A stretch of 35,754 nt of DNA from Thermoplasmata archaeon (GTDB lineage Archaea; Thermoplasmatota; Thermoplasmata; Lutacidiplasmatales; UBA184), in assembly GCA_022750125.1 (NCBI GenBank), contig JAKIWH010000003.1:5655-41408 (forward strand), given 5' to 3'. Under the pieces are notes generated by a model. The model ran no database searches, was not told the origin of the DNA, and saw nothing but the letters and a program-made list of their open reading frames with translations. Both the position numbers and the translations under genes were made by a program. Of this stretch, positions 17,237 through 26,079 are shown one piece after another. Position 1 is the stretch's first letter, and the number at the start of each line of letters is the position of its first letter.

Positions 17237-20200
17237 GTGCTGGCGGGAGCCCGCTCCGCCAAGCCACTTGCGAGCTGGGCCGGGTCGCTCGCAATGCTTG
17301 CGCTGCTAAGTGCGTCGCTGTGGGGATCCGGGGGGACCCCCGTTGGGATCCCTCTGGCCAGTCCGATTGCCGCCGGATTGAGCGGTGGACACGCCCAAGC
17401 GTCGATCCCAAGCCCTCCGCACCTCCCGTCGCCGGCGAGTCGTTCCAGCCCCTCCCAGAGTGTAACCCCGCTTCTCCCACGCCCGTTCAGCGGGCAGGGA
17501 TCGATCCCGTCGGTGAACGCGTCGCTCGTTCTGTTCAACGGGACCGTCGTTGCAGGTCTCGGGCGGGCCGTGCCCAACGATGCGCCAAGCGCCATCGCGA
17601 CGGACCCATCCGCGTCCCGGCTCTATGTGGCGGACCAGAACTCGAACCTCGTCAGCGTGGTGAATCTCACGAGCGGCAAGGTGCTCGGGACCCTCGCCTT
17701 CCCGAGCGGGGGGCCGCTCTCCTCGCTTGCTGTCGACAGTCGGAGCAACGAGCTGTACGGGATCGACCCCACGAAGGGGTACCTGGATGCGGTAAACCTG
17801 AGCGGAAACCATTCCACCGCGGCGCAGATCGCGCTGAGCTCTCCGGAAGAGCTCCTCTACGATCCCGCCTCGGGGGAGGTGTTCGTCACTTCGGGGTCCC
17901 CGAACCAGCTCCTCGTGTACAACGGGACCAACCACACGCTACTGAGTTCGTTCTCCACGACCGGAACTCCGGCCGGCATCGCCCTCGATGGAACTGGCCC
18001 GTTCGCGTACGTGGCAGCCTCTTCCTCGAATTCGGTCGACCGAATCGACCTACTGAACGGCTCCGTTCAGAGCCTCCCGGTCGGCACGGATCCGACCGGG
18101 GTTGCGGTCTCGACCGCCAACCACACGCTCTTCGTCACGAACGCGGGCTCCGACAACGTAAGCCTCCTGAATCTGACCACGCTCGCCTCCCGCACGGTCG
18201 CGGTGGGAACCTCGCCGGAGGCCGTACTCTACGACAGCGCGACCGAAAGGGTGTATGTCGCCAATTCGGGAGGGGACAACGTGAGCGTGTTCAACTCCAC
18301 CAGCACCGCTCGGCCCGCCTCGCTCGCCGTCGGTGACTTCCCGGACTACCTGGCCGTGGACCTCCCTCGCGCCGAGCTCTACGTCTCCGCAAGCTCACGG
18401 TACAACATTACCGGCGTGAACACCACGAGCGGAAACGTGTCGCGGGAGATCTCCGTCGGAAACGTTCCCACGTTGGTCAGTTGGAACCCCGGCAGCAGCA
18501 CACTGCTGGTGAGCGACGCCTTGTCGCGATGGGGCTACGAAGTGAACGGAAGCAGCCTCTCGGCGCACGCAGTGCCGATAGCGGGCACCCACGACCTGTC
18601 GAGCGCCGTCGCCCCCTCGATCGGAAAACTGTTCCTCGCGTCCGCCGTCGACAACCGAATCTGGTCTCTCTTTCTTTCGAACGGTAGCGTAGCCACCTCC
18701 GCAGCGCTGCCGTACGGGCCTGTCTCGCTCGCCTACGACCCGGGGACGGAACGGCTGTTCGCCGCGGACCCGACCGCCTCGAGCGTCGCCGTGTTCGATG
18801 CCGGCACCCTGACCGAGCTGGGCGCGATCCAGTTCCCTACCCCGGCGCTGAACGTCTCCCTCTCGGGGATGGCGGTCGACCCTTCCACCGAGCAGCTCTA
18901 CGTGGGCGAGCACGCCGCGGGGAGAGTTGCGGTCCTCAACACCACCACCCTTCGTTTCGTAACGAACCTGAGCATCGCGAGCCCTTCCGCCCTCACCTTT
19001 GTCTTCACCTCGAACCGCGTTGCGGTCGCGTCGGGCACCAACCTCGTGTTCGTGAACGCGTTGAACCGGGCAACCCTCGCGAGCGTCCGACTCGGCTCCC
19101 CGGCGGGCTCCGTGAGCCTTTCGCCTTCGACCGGTGATCTCTACGTCGCCTCCACGAGCAACGACTCGATCGAGATCGTGCAACCGAACCCCGCCGTCGC
19201 GCGAGGAAACATCTCCCTCGCCGCGGTGGCCGGAACTCCGGGGCTCGACGCCGCGAGCGGCACGCTCTGGATACCCGAACCCTCGCTCGGTGTGATCGCC
19301 GGAGCGCCTCTCGGGGGGAAGAACCCGCTCTGGATCCGAAACCTGAGCGCGACGGTCTCGTCGATTCCCGTCGACCTCTCGATGAATTTCACGGCGGACG
19401 TGGCGGGTGGGGTCGCGCCGTACCGGTACCTGTACATCGGCCTCCCGTCCGGGTGCGCGCCGCTCAACCGCTCGCGGTTGCCCTGCTCCCCCGACCTCGC
19501 GGGCAACTACACCGTCCGGCTCGAGGTGAAGGACGCGACCGGAAACTCGACCAACGCGACCGTCTCGCTGAACGTGAGCGCCCTCCCGACCGTGCTCATC
19601 CAGGGGTTCTCGGCGGTGCCTCCGCGGCTCGACCTGGGAGCATCGACCGTTCTGCACGTCCTCGCGTCGACCAACTTGGGCACGATCAACTTCGCGTACA
19701 CCGGGCTCCCGCCAGGATGCAGCTCTTCCAACACTCCGACTCTACCGTGCACCCCCACCACGACCGGCAATTTCACCCCCCACGTCACGGTCACGGGCAT
19801 CCTCGGGATCCAGGCGAACACGTCGCTCCTCCTCTCCGTCTATCCGTATCCCGGGATCGCCTCCTTCCAATCGACGCTCACCCACCTTGACGCCGGCGAG
19901 ACCACCGTACTGTCGGTCGTTCCCACGGGGGGCGACGGACCTTTTGCCCTCGCCTACACGGGCCTTCCCTCGGGCTGCGTTACCTCGAACTCGACGAGCC
20001 TGAGCTGCCGACCCTCTGGTGCGGGGAACTTCACGGTCCAGGTGACCGCCTCGGATTCCGCGGGCGGGCAGGCGAACGCCTCTCTGCAGATGGTCGTGAC
20101 TCCCGCGACGGTGATCGGCTCCTTCGAGGCTAGCCCCGGCGCGGCCGACGTGGGCGAAACGGTCGCCTTCACTGCGCAGGCGGGCGGGGGAGCCGGATTC

Positions 20201-21277
20201 CTTGCGTTCAGCTACGCGGGGTTGCCGCCGGGATGTGTGGGGGCGAATCTGAGCGCGATCACCTGCGTCCCCTCCCAGCCCGGCAACTTTACAGTCACGC
20301 TCTCCGTGAAGGACTCCCTCGCTCCTGCCGTCCAAAGATCGCTTGAGCTCCCGGTCGCCGCTCGGCCCCAGGTTTCGAGCTTCGCCGCCTCCCCGAGGTT
20401 CGTCGAGACGGGCGGTGTGGTGACCCTGAACGTCCTCACGACGGGCGGGACAGGGCTCCTGGTGTACAGCTACGTGGGACTGCCGGCTAGCTGTGGGGTG
20501 CCCAGCACACCCTCCGTAGTGTGCCAGGTGACGCAGGCGGGAACGTTCACCGCGAGCGTAACGGTGGTCGACGGCGCGAAAGTCTCGACCACCGCCTCTA
20601 CGAGCTTCGAAGTGCTCCTCCCTGGGACCGTCCATCCGACCATCCAGTCGTTCGTGGCCACTTCCACGAGGATCACCGTCGGCCAAGCGACGATCCTGAC
20701 CGTTCAAGTTTCGAACACCTCGGCGTGGTTTGGGTACGCGTATTCGGGACTTCCCACCGGGTGCGGCTCGTTGAACGAGAGCGTGCTCTCCTGCACCCCC
20801 ACGGGACCGGGATCGTTCACCGTCACGGTCCTCGTTTCGAGCCCGTACGGTGGCTCGGCGCGGCAAGCCCTCAATCTGACGATTCTCCCCTCGGCCTCCC
20901 TGGGAGGAACTTCGGCTTCCCGCCCGTCGGGACCTCCCCTCTTCTCCCTCGTCCTGGCAGGGGCGCTCGGGCTGTTTGCGGTCCTTCTTGCCATGCTCTA
21001 CCGACAGCAGCGCCGTCGTACGGCTCGCGAGGTTCGCGCGGCCCCGCCTCCCCCTCCCTTCGCGGCCTTGGCGGAGCCCGCCCCCTCCCCTCCGCCCCTC
21101 GAGGAGCCGGCAGCTGTGGTCGAGGAGCCTACTCCCGTGGCGACGGAACCTGCCGAGGCAGCCAACATCGACCCGCTGGCCGAGCTCCAGCTGGAGCTGG
21201 ATCTCCTCACGAAGGAGCTGAGCGACCGCGAGCAGCAGGGGGAGTCGGCTCTCGACCGTCAGAACGAGAACGAGTAA
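17237..21277 (+). CDS. Cell-surface protein: signal peptide, YVTN/YncE-type beta-propellers, six PKD/Ig-like repeats, C-terminal TM anchor and cytoplasmic tail
   Basis: Repeated LYVA/VYVANSGGDNVSV/P..+.YD blades, then Y.GLP.GC repeats, then TM LFSLVLAGALGLFAVLLAMLY followed by RQQRRR. The start is uncertain (17129 TTG, 17237 GTG or 17294 ATG). Confidence 0.88.
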   Translation: MLAGARSAKPLASWAGSLAMLALLSASLWGSGGTPVGIPLASPIAAGLSGGHAQASIPSPPHLPSPASRSSPSQSVTPLLPRPFSGQGSIPSVNASLVLFNGTVVAGLGRAVPNDAPSAIATDPSASRLYVADQNSNLVSVVNLTSGKVLGTLAFPSGGPLSSLAVDSRSNELYGIDPTKGYLDAVNLSGNHSTAAQIALSSPEELLYDPASGEVFVTSGSPNQLLVYNGTNHTLLSSFSTTGTPAGIALDGTGPFAYVAASSSNSVDRIDLLNGSVQSLPVGTDPTGVAVSTANHTLFVTNAGSDNVSLLNLTTLASRTVAVGTSPEAVLYDSATERVYVANSGGDNVSVFNSTSTARPASLAVGDFPDYLAVDLPRAELYVSASSRYNITGVNTTSGNVSREISVGNVPTLVSWNPGSSTLLVSDALSRWGYEVNGSSLSAHAVPIAGTHDLSSAVAPSIGKLFLASAVDNRIWSLFLSNGSVATSAALPYGPVSLAYDPGTERLFAADPTASSVAVFDAGTLTELGAIQFPTPALNVSLSGMAVDPSTEQLYVGEHAAGRVAVLNTTTLRFVTNLSIASPSALTFVFTSNRVAVASGTNLVFVNALNRATLASVRLGSPAGSVSLSPSTGDLYVASTSNDSIEIVQPNPAVARGNISLAAVAGTPGLDAASGTLWIPEPSLGVIAGAPLGGKNPLWIRNLSATVSSIPVDLSMNFTADVAGGVAPYRYLYIGLPSGCAPLNRSRLPCSPDLAGNYTVRLEVKDATGNSTNATVSLNVSALPTVLIQGFSAVPPRLDLGASTVLHVLASTNLGTINFAYTGLPPGCSSSNTPTLPCTPTTTGNFTPHVTVTGILGIQANTSLLLSVYPYPGIASFQSTLTHLDAGETTVLSVVPTGGDGPFALAYTGLPSGCVTSNSTSLSCRPSGAGNFTVQVTASDSAGGQANASLQMVVTPATVIGSFEASPGAADVGETVAFTAQAGGGAGFLAFSYAGLPPGCVGANLSAITCVPSQPGNFTVTLSVKDSLAPAVQRSLELPVAARPQVSSFAASPRFVETGGVVTLNVLTTGGTGLLVYSYVGLPASCGVPSTPSVVCQVTQAGTFTASVTVVDGAKVSTTASTSFEVLLPGTVHPTIQSFVATSTRITVGQATILTVQVSNTSAWFGYAYSGLPTGCGSLNESVLSCTPTGPGSFTVTVLVSSPYGGSARQALNLTILPSASLGGTSASRPSGPPLFSLVLAGALGLFAVLLAMLYRQQRRRTAREVRAAPPPPPFAALAEPAPSPPPLEEPAAVVEEPTPVATEPAEAANIDPLAELQLELDLLTKELSDREQQGESALDRQNENE
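19331..20888 (+). repeat. Six tandem ~85-aa PKD/Ig-like repeats, each with a C-x9-C pair
   Basis: YIGLPSGC, YTGLPPGC, YTGLPSGC, YAGLPPGC, YVGLPASC and YSGLPTGC, each followed by a second Cys and G(N/T/S)(F/Y)T. Confidence 0.9.
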
Positions 21278-21399
21278 TCCTACCCCGAGCCGCGGATGGA
21301 GTCCCGAGTCGCTCCTCAGATTCTTCCAAGCCAGCGAGACGGTCCCGCCCGGCAATCCAAATGTAGTCGACCGCGTTCCTGCCGCGGAGCGTGCCCAGC

Positions 21400-21849
21400 A
21401 TGGTGGTAGATTTTGAGTTCAGGAAGAGCCCGGCGCTTCGACTCGCGACGTTCGCGTGGAAAGGGTCCTGGAACGAGAAGCGGATTCGCTCGGAGTTCGA
21501 GAAGCTGGACCGATGGGCGAAGAAGCGCGGCATCCGCACCGGCAAGTGGGTGTTCATGGAACCGTCCTCGCGACACTGGAAGGTGGGTATCGAGGTCAAA
21601 GGCAAGAGCCGAGGGGAAGGGGCGATCCGCCTGACGACGCTGCCCGCGAGCAAGGTCGCCTGCGTCGTCTACGACCCGGACAAGGTCTCCCCCCGCGTCG
21701 TGTACCACGGTCTCACCGACTGGCTCCGCTGGAGGCGCAAGGAGGGCGACATCAAGGGCGTCGGCGCCTACCGCGAAGTGTACGACGGCAACCCTTGGAC
21801 GAACGCCCGTGCTTGGGCGAACTCCTGTGTCCAGGTCGTAGTCCGTTAG
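21400..21849 (+). CDS. GyrI-like small-molecule-binding domain protein
   Basis: LATFAWKGSW..I..EFEKL.RWAKKRG, LPASKVAC, VYHGLTDWL, YREVY.GNPW. Confidence 0.75.
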   Translation: MVVDFEFRKSPALRLATFAWKGSWNEKRIRSEFEKLDRWAKKRGIRTGKWVFMEPSSRHWKVGIEVKGKSRGEGAIRLTTLPASKVACVVYDPDKVSPRVVYHGLTDWLRWRRKEGDIKGVGAYREVYDGNPWTNARAWANSCVQVVVR

Positions 21850-21991
21850 GTCCCGGGTCGACGGACGTCTACTCACGAAGCGAGCGAGGACCGGGACTCC
21901 CGACCGGCCCCAGGGAAGGGCTGCGACCCGGACCGGGCCCAATCGGGCCTGGCACGAGGCACACCGCTTCCCGAAGGGGGCCTCTGGGAAG

Positions 21992-22576
21992 GTGCGAGCT
22001 TCGTGGTTGCGAGAACATGCGGCGCGATGCGGTTGCAAGGAAGCAGAGAGTTACGGCGTGCGCATTGGTAAGGCGCAGGTAGGCGGTCGGGAACGCGCAC
22101 CGCCTCGACGTGCAGCCCAACCTAAACCAGCTCCCGCGAGCCTGCCCGCCCCCTCTCCGGGAACGCCATCCTTGCGGGAGTCGAGGGACTTGATCGAGAA
22201 CGTTGAAGAAGGATTCGACGAGGCGACCCTCCATCTCCTGCGGGAGCCAAGCTACGCCAACTGGTCGTCCGGCCCGGTCCTGCCCATCCCGCTCGATGAC
22301 CTGGCCGCGGGCGAACTCGGGTGGTTCCGAAAACTTGAGGGACCGAAGGGACGCGTGCTCGTGGAGTACCACCTGCTCCCCCGATCGGGGCGCGCGAGTT
22401 CGCCGAGAGCACCCCTGCGCCGCGATCGGAGCGGTGAGCTCGCGCTCCATCGGGTGATCCCGGGCAGCCCTCCCGGAACTCTCGTCGTGCGGGCCGCCAC
22501 GCCAGCCGAGCCTCGCTGGGTCCGGGCCCTGCTCGACGACCTCTCCGGGAAGCTCAGCGCCTCGGAAGAGGAGTAG
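21992..22576 (+). CDS. Hypothetical protein (true start probably later, about 22170-22190)
   Basis: The C-terminal ~130 aa has globular-protein-like composition and fills a gap between genes. No family recognised. Confidence 0.45.
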   Translation: MRASWLREHAARCGCKEAESYGVRIGKAQVGGRERAPPRRAAQPKPAPASLPAPSPGTPSLRESRDLIENVEEGFDEATLHLLREPSYANWSSGPVLPIPLDDLAAGELGWFRKLEGPKGRVLVEYHLLPRSGRASSPRAPLRRDRSGELALHRVIPGSPPGTLVVRAATPAEPRWVRALLDDLSGKLSASEEE

Positions 22577-22638
22577 GCCCAGCCGCAGGCGGGCGCCGGC
22601 CCCCCGGCCGCGGCCCGCGGCCAAGGGCAATCCGACCA

Positions 22639-22672
22639 GTACTACTCTTTTGGAAAAGCGCATACGCTTAAA
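22639..22672 (+). promoter_or_regulatory. Candidate NikR operator GTACTA-N15-GCATAC abutting TATA-like CTTAAA
   Basis: AT-rich island with outer GTA..TAC symmetry and an inner CTTTT-GG-AAAAG palindrome, directly upstream of the NiCoT-nikR operon. Confidence 0.55.
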
Positions 22673-22695
22673 TTCCTCGGCCGGTGGGAGTCCTC

Positions 22696-23802
22696 GTGGC
22701 GTCCGACCAGGGGCCGGCCCTCTCGCCGGGCGATGCTCACCTCTCCTCCAGGGAACGGCAGCTCCTCATCGGACTCTACACCGCAATCTTCGCCGTGACG
22801 ATCGCCGGATTCGTGGCGGCGTTCGCGTACCTGCCGCACCAGTTCGCGGGGGGCGTGGCGGGCGGCGGGCTCATCTTTTCCGGTCTCGCCATCACGGCGT
22901 ACGTCCTTGGTCTCCGCCACGGCTTCGACGCGGACCACATCGCGGCCATCGACAACACCACCCGGAAGCTCCTCAACGACGGTCAGCGCCCGCTCACGGT
23001 CGGGACCTGGTTCTCGCTCGGTCACTCGACGATCGTCTGCGGCATGGTCGCCGTGTTCGTAGTGGCGACCGAGACCGCCCGCACCTACTACCACGCGCTC
23101 GCCTCCACCGGGGCGGTCGTCGGCACGCTCGTCTCGGGAACGTTCCTCTTCGTGATCGGGCTCGTGAACGTACTGATCGTGCTCGACGTCTACCGGCTCT
23201 TCAAGGGATTGCGGGACCGGGAGCTCGACCAGAAGGGACTCGACGAACAGATGGAGAGGCGGGGGTTCCTCTACCGCTACTTTTCGGGACTCTTCCGGGT
23301 GGTCCGTCGGCCGCGCGACATCTATCCCATTGGCGTCCTTTTCGGACTCGGGTTCGACACCGCGACCGAGGTGGTGCTCAGCGCCTTCAGCGTGGGGTTC
23401 GCCGTCTCCACGGCCGTACCCTTCTGGGCGGTCATGCTCCTTCCGCTCCTCTTCACGTGCGGGATGGTGCTCTCCGACACGACGGACGGGTTCGCGATGC
23501 GCTACGCCTACGGCTGGGCGTTCCTGAAGCCGATCCGGAAAGTGTACTACAACCTCACCCTCACGGTGATCTCGGTCCTTGTGGCGTTCGCGATCGGTGG
23601 CGTCGAGCTTCTCCAGGTGTTGTCGCAGGAGCTCGGCTGGAGCGGCCCCTTCTGGTCGGTGGTCCAGAACCTCAACTTCGAAACGGTGGGGATCGGGATC
23701 GTGGTCCTCTTCCTGGCCGCCTGGGGGATCGCCATGGCGATCTACCGGTACAAGCGGTACGAGGAGATCGGGTTCGGTCCCGCCCCGGCGACGGGACCGT
23801 GA
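22696..23802 (+). CDS. HoxN/HupN/NixA (NiCoT) nickel/cobalt permease
   Basis: Signature GLRHGFDADHIAAIDNTTRK, FSLGHSTIV, GVLFGLGFDTATE, DTTDG and YYNLT. GTG 22696 fits a leaderless start; the ORF track starts at 22684. Confidence 0.95.
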   Translation: MASDQGPALSPGDAHLSSRERQLLIGLYTAIFAVTIAGFVAAFAYLPHQFAGGVAGGGLIFSGLAITAYVLGLRHGFDADHIAAIDNTTRKLLNDGQRPLTVGTWFSLGHSTIVCGMVAVFVVATETARTYYHALASTGAVVGTLVSGTFLFVIGLVNVLIVLDVYRLFKGLRDRELDQKGLDEQMERRGFLYRYFSGLFRVVRRPRDIYPIGVLFGLGFDTATEVVLSAFSVGFAVSTAVPFWAVMLLPLLFTCGMVLSDTTDGFAMRYAYGWAFLKPIRKVYYNLTLTVISVLVAFAIGGVELLQVLSQELGWSGPFWSVVQNLNFETVGIGIVVLFLAAWGIAMAIYRYKRYEEIGFGPAPATGP

Positions 23803-24287
23803 CGGGCCACGTCGTCCGGACGGCGGTCTCCCTCGAGCCCGCCGTGCTCGCGGCCCTCGACCGGTGGGTTCGGCAACGGAATTCGGCGAGCCGCTCGGAG
23901 GCGATCCGGTTCCTGGTTCGGAAGGAACTCTCGGAGGGCCGCCTGGGGGAACCCGACTCCGACGCCGTCGGGACGGTCATGGTCCTCTACGACCACCGCT
24001 CGCCCACCGTTCAGCGGAGGCTCACCGCGGCGCAGCACAAGTGGGGCGAGCACATCCGATCCTCGAGCCACGTTCACCTCGAAGGGGACGTCTGCCTCGA
24101 GGTGATGGTCATCGTCGGCCAGCGGAGCGAGCTCGAGCGCGCCGCCGAGGACCTTCGGGGCGTGAAGGGCGTGAGTCAGGGGGACTACCTGCTCGCGACG
24201 CCGGGGATCGCGGGGGGCCACTCCGGGCACCGTCACCCCCACGCTCACCGAACAAATCTTCGTCGAAGGCGCGGTGGCCCACCTTAG
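23799..24287 (+). CDS. nikR: Nickel-responsive regulator NikR
   Basis: Ribbon-helix-helix N-terminus VSLE...SRSEAIRFLVR, GTVMVLYDH and HVHL...CLEV. GTGA overlap with the NiCoT stop. Confidence 0.9.
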   Translation: MTGHVVRTAVSLEPAVLAALDRWVRQRNSASRSEAIRFLVRKELSEGRLGEPDSDAVGTVMVLYDHRSPTVQRRLTAAQHKWGEHIRSSSHVHLEGDVCLEVMVIVGQRSELERAAEDLRGVKGVSQGDYLLATPGIAGGHSGHRHPHAHRTNLRRRRGGPP

Positions 24288-24320
24288 GAGCTGCGGCGAG
24301 GGCCGCTGCTGACTTGGGCG

Positions 24321-24767
24321 CTAGGATTCGAGCAGCGGTCGAAGCTTGACGAGGGCGCTGTCCCAGCTCTGCTGTTGCCAGGCGCGGGCCGCGGTCCATC
24401 GGTCTCCCTCTCCCCACCCCAAGTGCTCGAGATGGAGCCGGCTTCGGGAGGGGCCGAGGGGCTGAAACCGCACGAAGAGCGTCGTGGGAAGCGGGGTTGC
24501 GTTCATGACGTCGGCAAACTCCGGCGGCCCGCGCCAGTCGGTCCTGAGGGAGTACTCTTCCTCGAGGGACTGAATCCGGCAGCCGAGGGTGCTGTTCCCC
24601 TCGGGGTGCTCGGGGTCCCAGAACAGTTCGTAGGCGCCCCCTTCCTCGAGGACGATGTTCGCCTTGGAACACAGCCACTTGGCAATGCGGTCCTGATCGG
24701 TGAACGCGGCCCAGAGGTCCTCCACCGGCGCCGCGAACTCGAGGTCGATCACAATGGACGGCATCAT
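24321..24767 (-). CDS. SRPBCC/AHSA1-like domain protein
   Basis: APVEDLWAAFTD...KW, GGAYELFW, RLHLEHLGWG and W..ALVKL. Confidence 0.85.
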   Translation of the reverse strand: MMPSIVIDLEFAAPVEDLWAAFTDQDRIAKWLCSKANIVLEEGGAYELFWDPEHPEGNSTLGCRIQSLEEEYSLRTDWRGPPEFADVMNATPLPTTLFVRFQPLGPSRSRLHLEHLGWGEGDRWTAARAWQQQSWDSALVKLRPLLES

Positions 24768-24807
24768 CGTCGGGAGCCGCGGAGCGGCTTAGGAGTTTGC
24801 GTGCCGT

Positions 24808-25239
24808 CTAGGGCGGTCCGGGTCCGACACCCAGCTCGACGCGAAGGGCGGCGCAGAGCGATTCCATCTCGAGGAGCACTCGCGCCTTGGCCCAGAGATG
24901 GACCGAAGCATTCTCGGCCACGAACGATGCGATCTCGACCGGGGTCACGCCCTCCCTCGAGTCGGGGGCGATCGTCGGTTCGAGCTGCGCGCGGGTTCCG
25001 ACCGGGCTCACGAGCAGGTAGAGGTGGCCCCAATGGACGGCGCCGGTCCCGGGGGTACGGCGAAGCAGCGCCCGCTTCCACGCGAACGCGCCGTCGCGGT
25101 CCACGGCCACCTCCCACCAGGGGGAAGCGTACACCTCCTCTCGGCCGGGGGAGCGAAGAGTTCTCTCGAGAACCGAATCCAGCCGGTCCCTGAACGCACG
25201 GGCGTACGCTCCGAGATCGGTCGCAGTATCCCCCGACAA
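24808..25239 (-). CDS. Hypothetical protein
   Basis: 143-aa ORF with globular composition, co-oriented with the SRPBCC gene. No family recognised and the start is uncertain. Confidence 0.6.
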   Translation of the reverse strand: MSGDTATDLGAYARAFRDRLDSVLERTLRSPGREEVYASPWWEVAVDRDGAFAWKRALLRRTPGTGAVHWGHLYLLVSPVGTRAQLEPTIAPDSREGVTPVEIASFVAENASVHLWAKARVLLEMESLCAALRVELGVGPGPP

Positions 25240-25341
25240 CGTGGGAACCGTGAGCTAGCTCCCCCCGATATCGGCTCCCGAGCTGGTGGCTGAGGAACGG
25301 CGACCGAACGCTTATCCCCCCCTTCGATTCGGGCCGGGCCG

Positions 25342-26064
25342 ATGCCGGGGCCGCAGGAGTACATCCGCTCGGTGGAAGAGGAGCGGAGGCAGAAGGACGG
25401 GTTCATGGCGCACCACCCCGAGTCTCCCTTCGTCGACGCTGCGGTAGCCGGGTTCGCGGGCCTGCGGTACTTTCCCATCGATCCGGAGTATCGGGTCCCC
25501 GCGAAGCTCGAGCGCCGGGGGCGCGCCGCGGAAGCGTTTCTGCGGACCAACCGGGACGGCCAGATGGAGTGCCGGTACGTCGGGGATCTCCGGTTCCGGC
25601 TCGGGGGAGAGCCGCTCCGGCTACGAGTCTACTTTGCGGGGGAGCAGGTCGGACCGAGGGTGTTCGTGCCGTTCCGCGACGCCACCTGCGGGAAGGAGAG
25701 CTACGGCCCGGGCCGGTATCTCACGCTCGAGCTCACGCCCGACGACAAGTACGACCTCGACTTCAATCTCGCCTTCAACCCCTACTGTGCCTACACCGAC
25801 AGCTACGAGTGCGGCTTTCCGCCGGCCGAGAACGACCTACCGGTGCCCGTGCCCGCCGGGGAGCGGGCCTGGTCCGACGCACGCAATCCCGCGGGGCCGA
25901 GCTCGGCGATCGCGGAGATGACCGAACGGGCCCTCGATGCAAAAGATCCCGAGCGAAAGAAACCGGTGTCGCGTACGACCCCACGGCTTGCGCGTACCGG
26001 TGCGCGGCGAACGCCCGCGGTCAAGCCACGCACGTCGCGCGCGCGACCCGTGAAGAAGAAGTAG
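25342..26064 (+). CDS. DUF1684 domain protein
   Basis: GLRYFPIDPEYRV, FVPFRDAT.GKESYGPGRYL, LDFNLAFNPYCAY..YEC.FPP.EN.L.V...AGE and a basic tail. Confidence 0.9.
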   Translation: MPGPQEYIRSVEEERRQKDGFMAHHPESPFVDAAVAGFAGLRYFPIDPEYRVPAKLERRGRAAEAFLRTNRDGQMECRYVGDLRFRLGGEPLRLRVYFAGEQVGPRVFVPFRDATCGKESYGPGRYLTLELTPDDKYDLDFNLAFNPYCAYTDSYECGFPPAENDLPVPVPAGERAWSDARNPAGPSSAIAEMTERALDAKDPERKKPVSRTTPRLARTGARRTPAVKPRTSRARPVKKK

Positions 26065-26079
26065 CCGCCGTGGGCCGCC

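Noticed and set aside
21905-22000. GGGAA motifs suggesting a cobalamin riboswitch upstream of the Ni/Co transporter
   Set aside because: The conserved GCCACTG and GCAACTGT elements are absent, and a separate ORF and promoter lie between this region and the NiCoT gene.
22606-22622. Palindrome GGCCGCGG-C-CCGCGGCC
   Set aside because: It is GC-only low complexity with a 1-nt loop, so chance is likely.
22650-24287. 545-aa ORF suggesting an N-terminally extended NikR
   Set aside because: The upstream part is an off-frame shadow of the NiCoT gene. NikR starts at the GTGA overlap at 23799.
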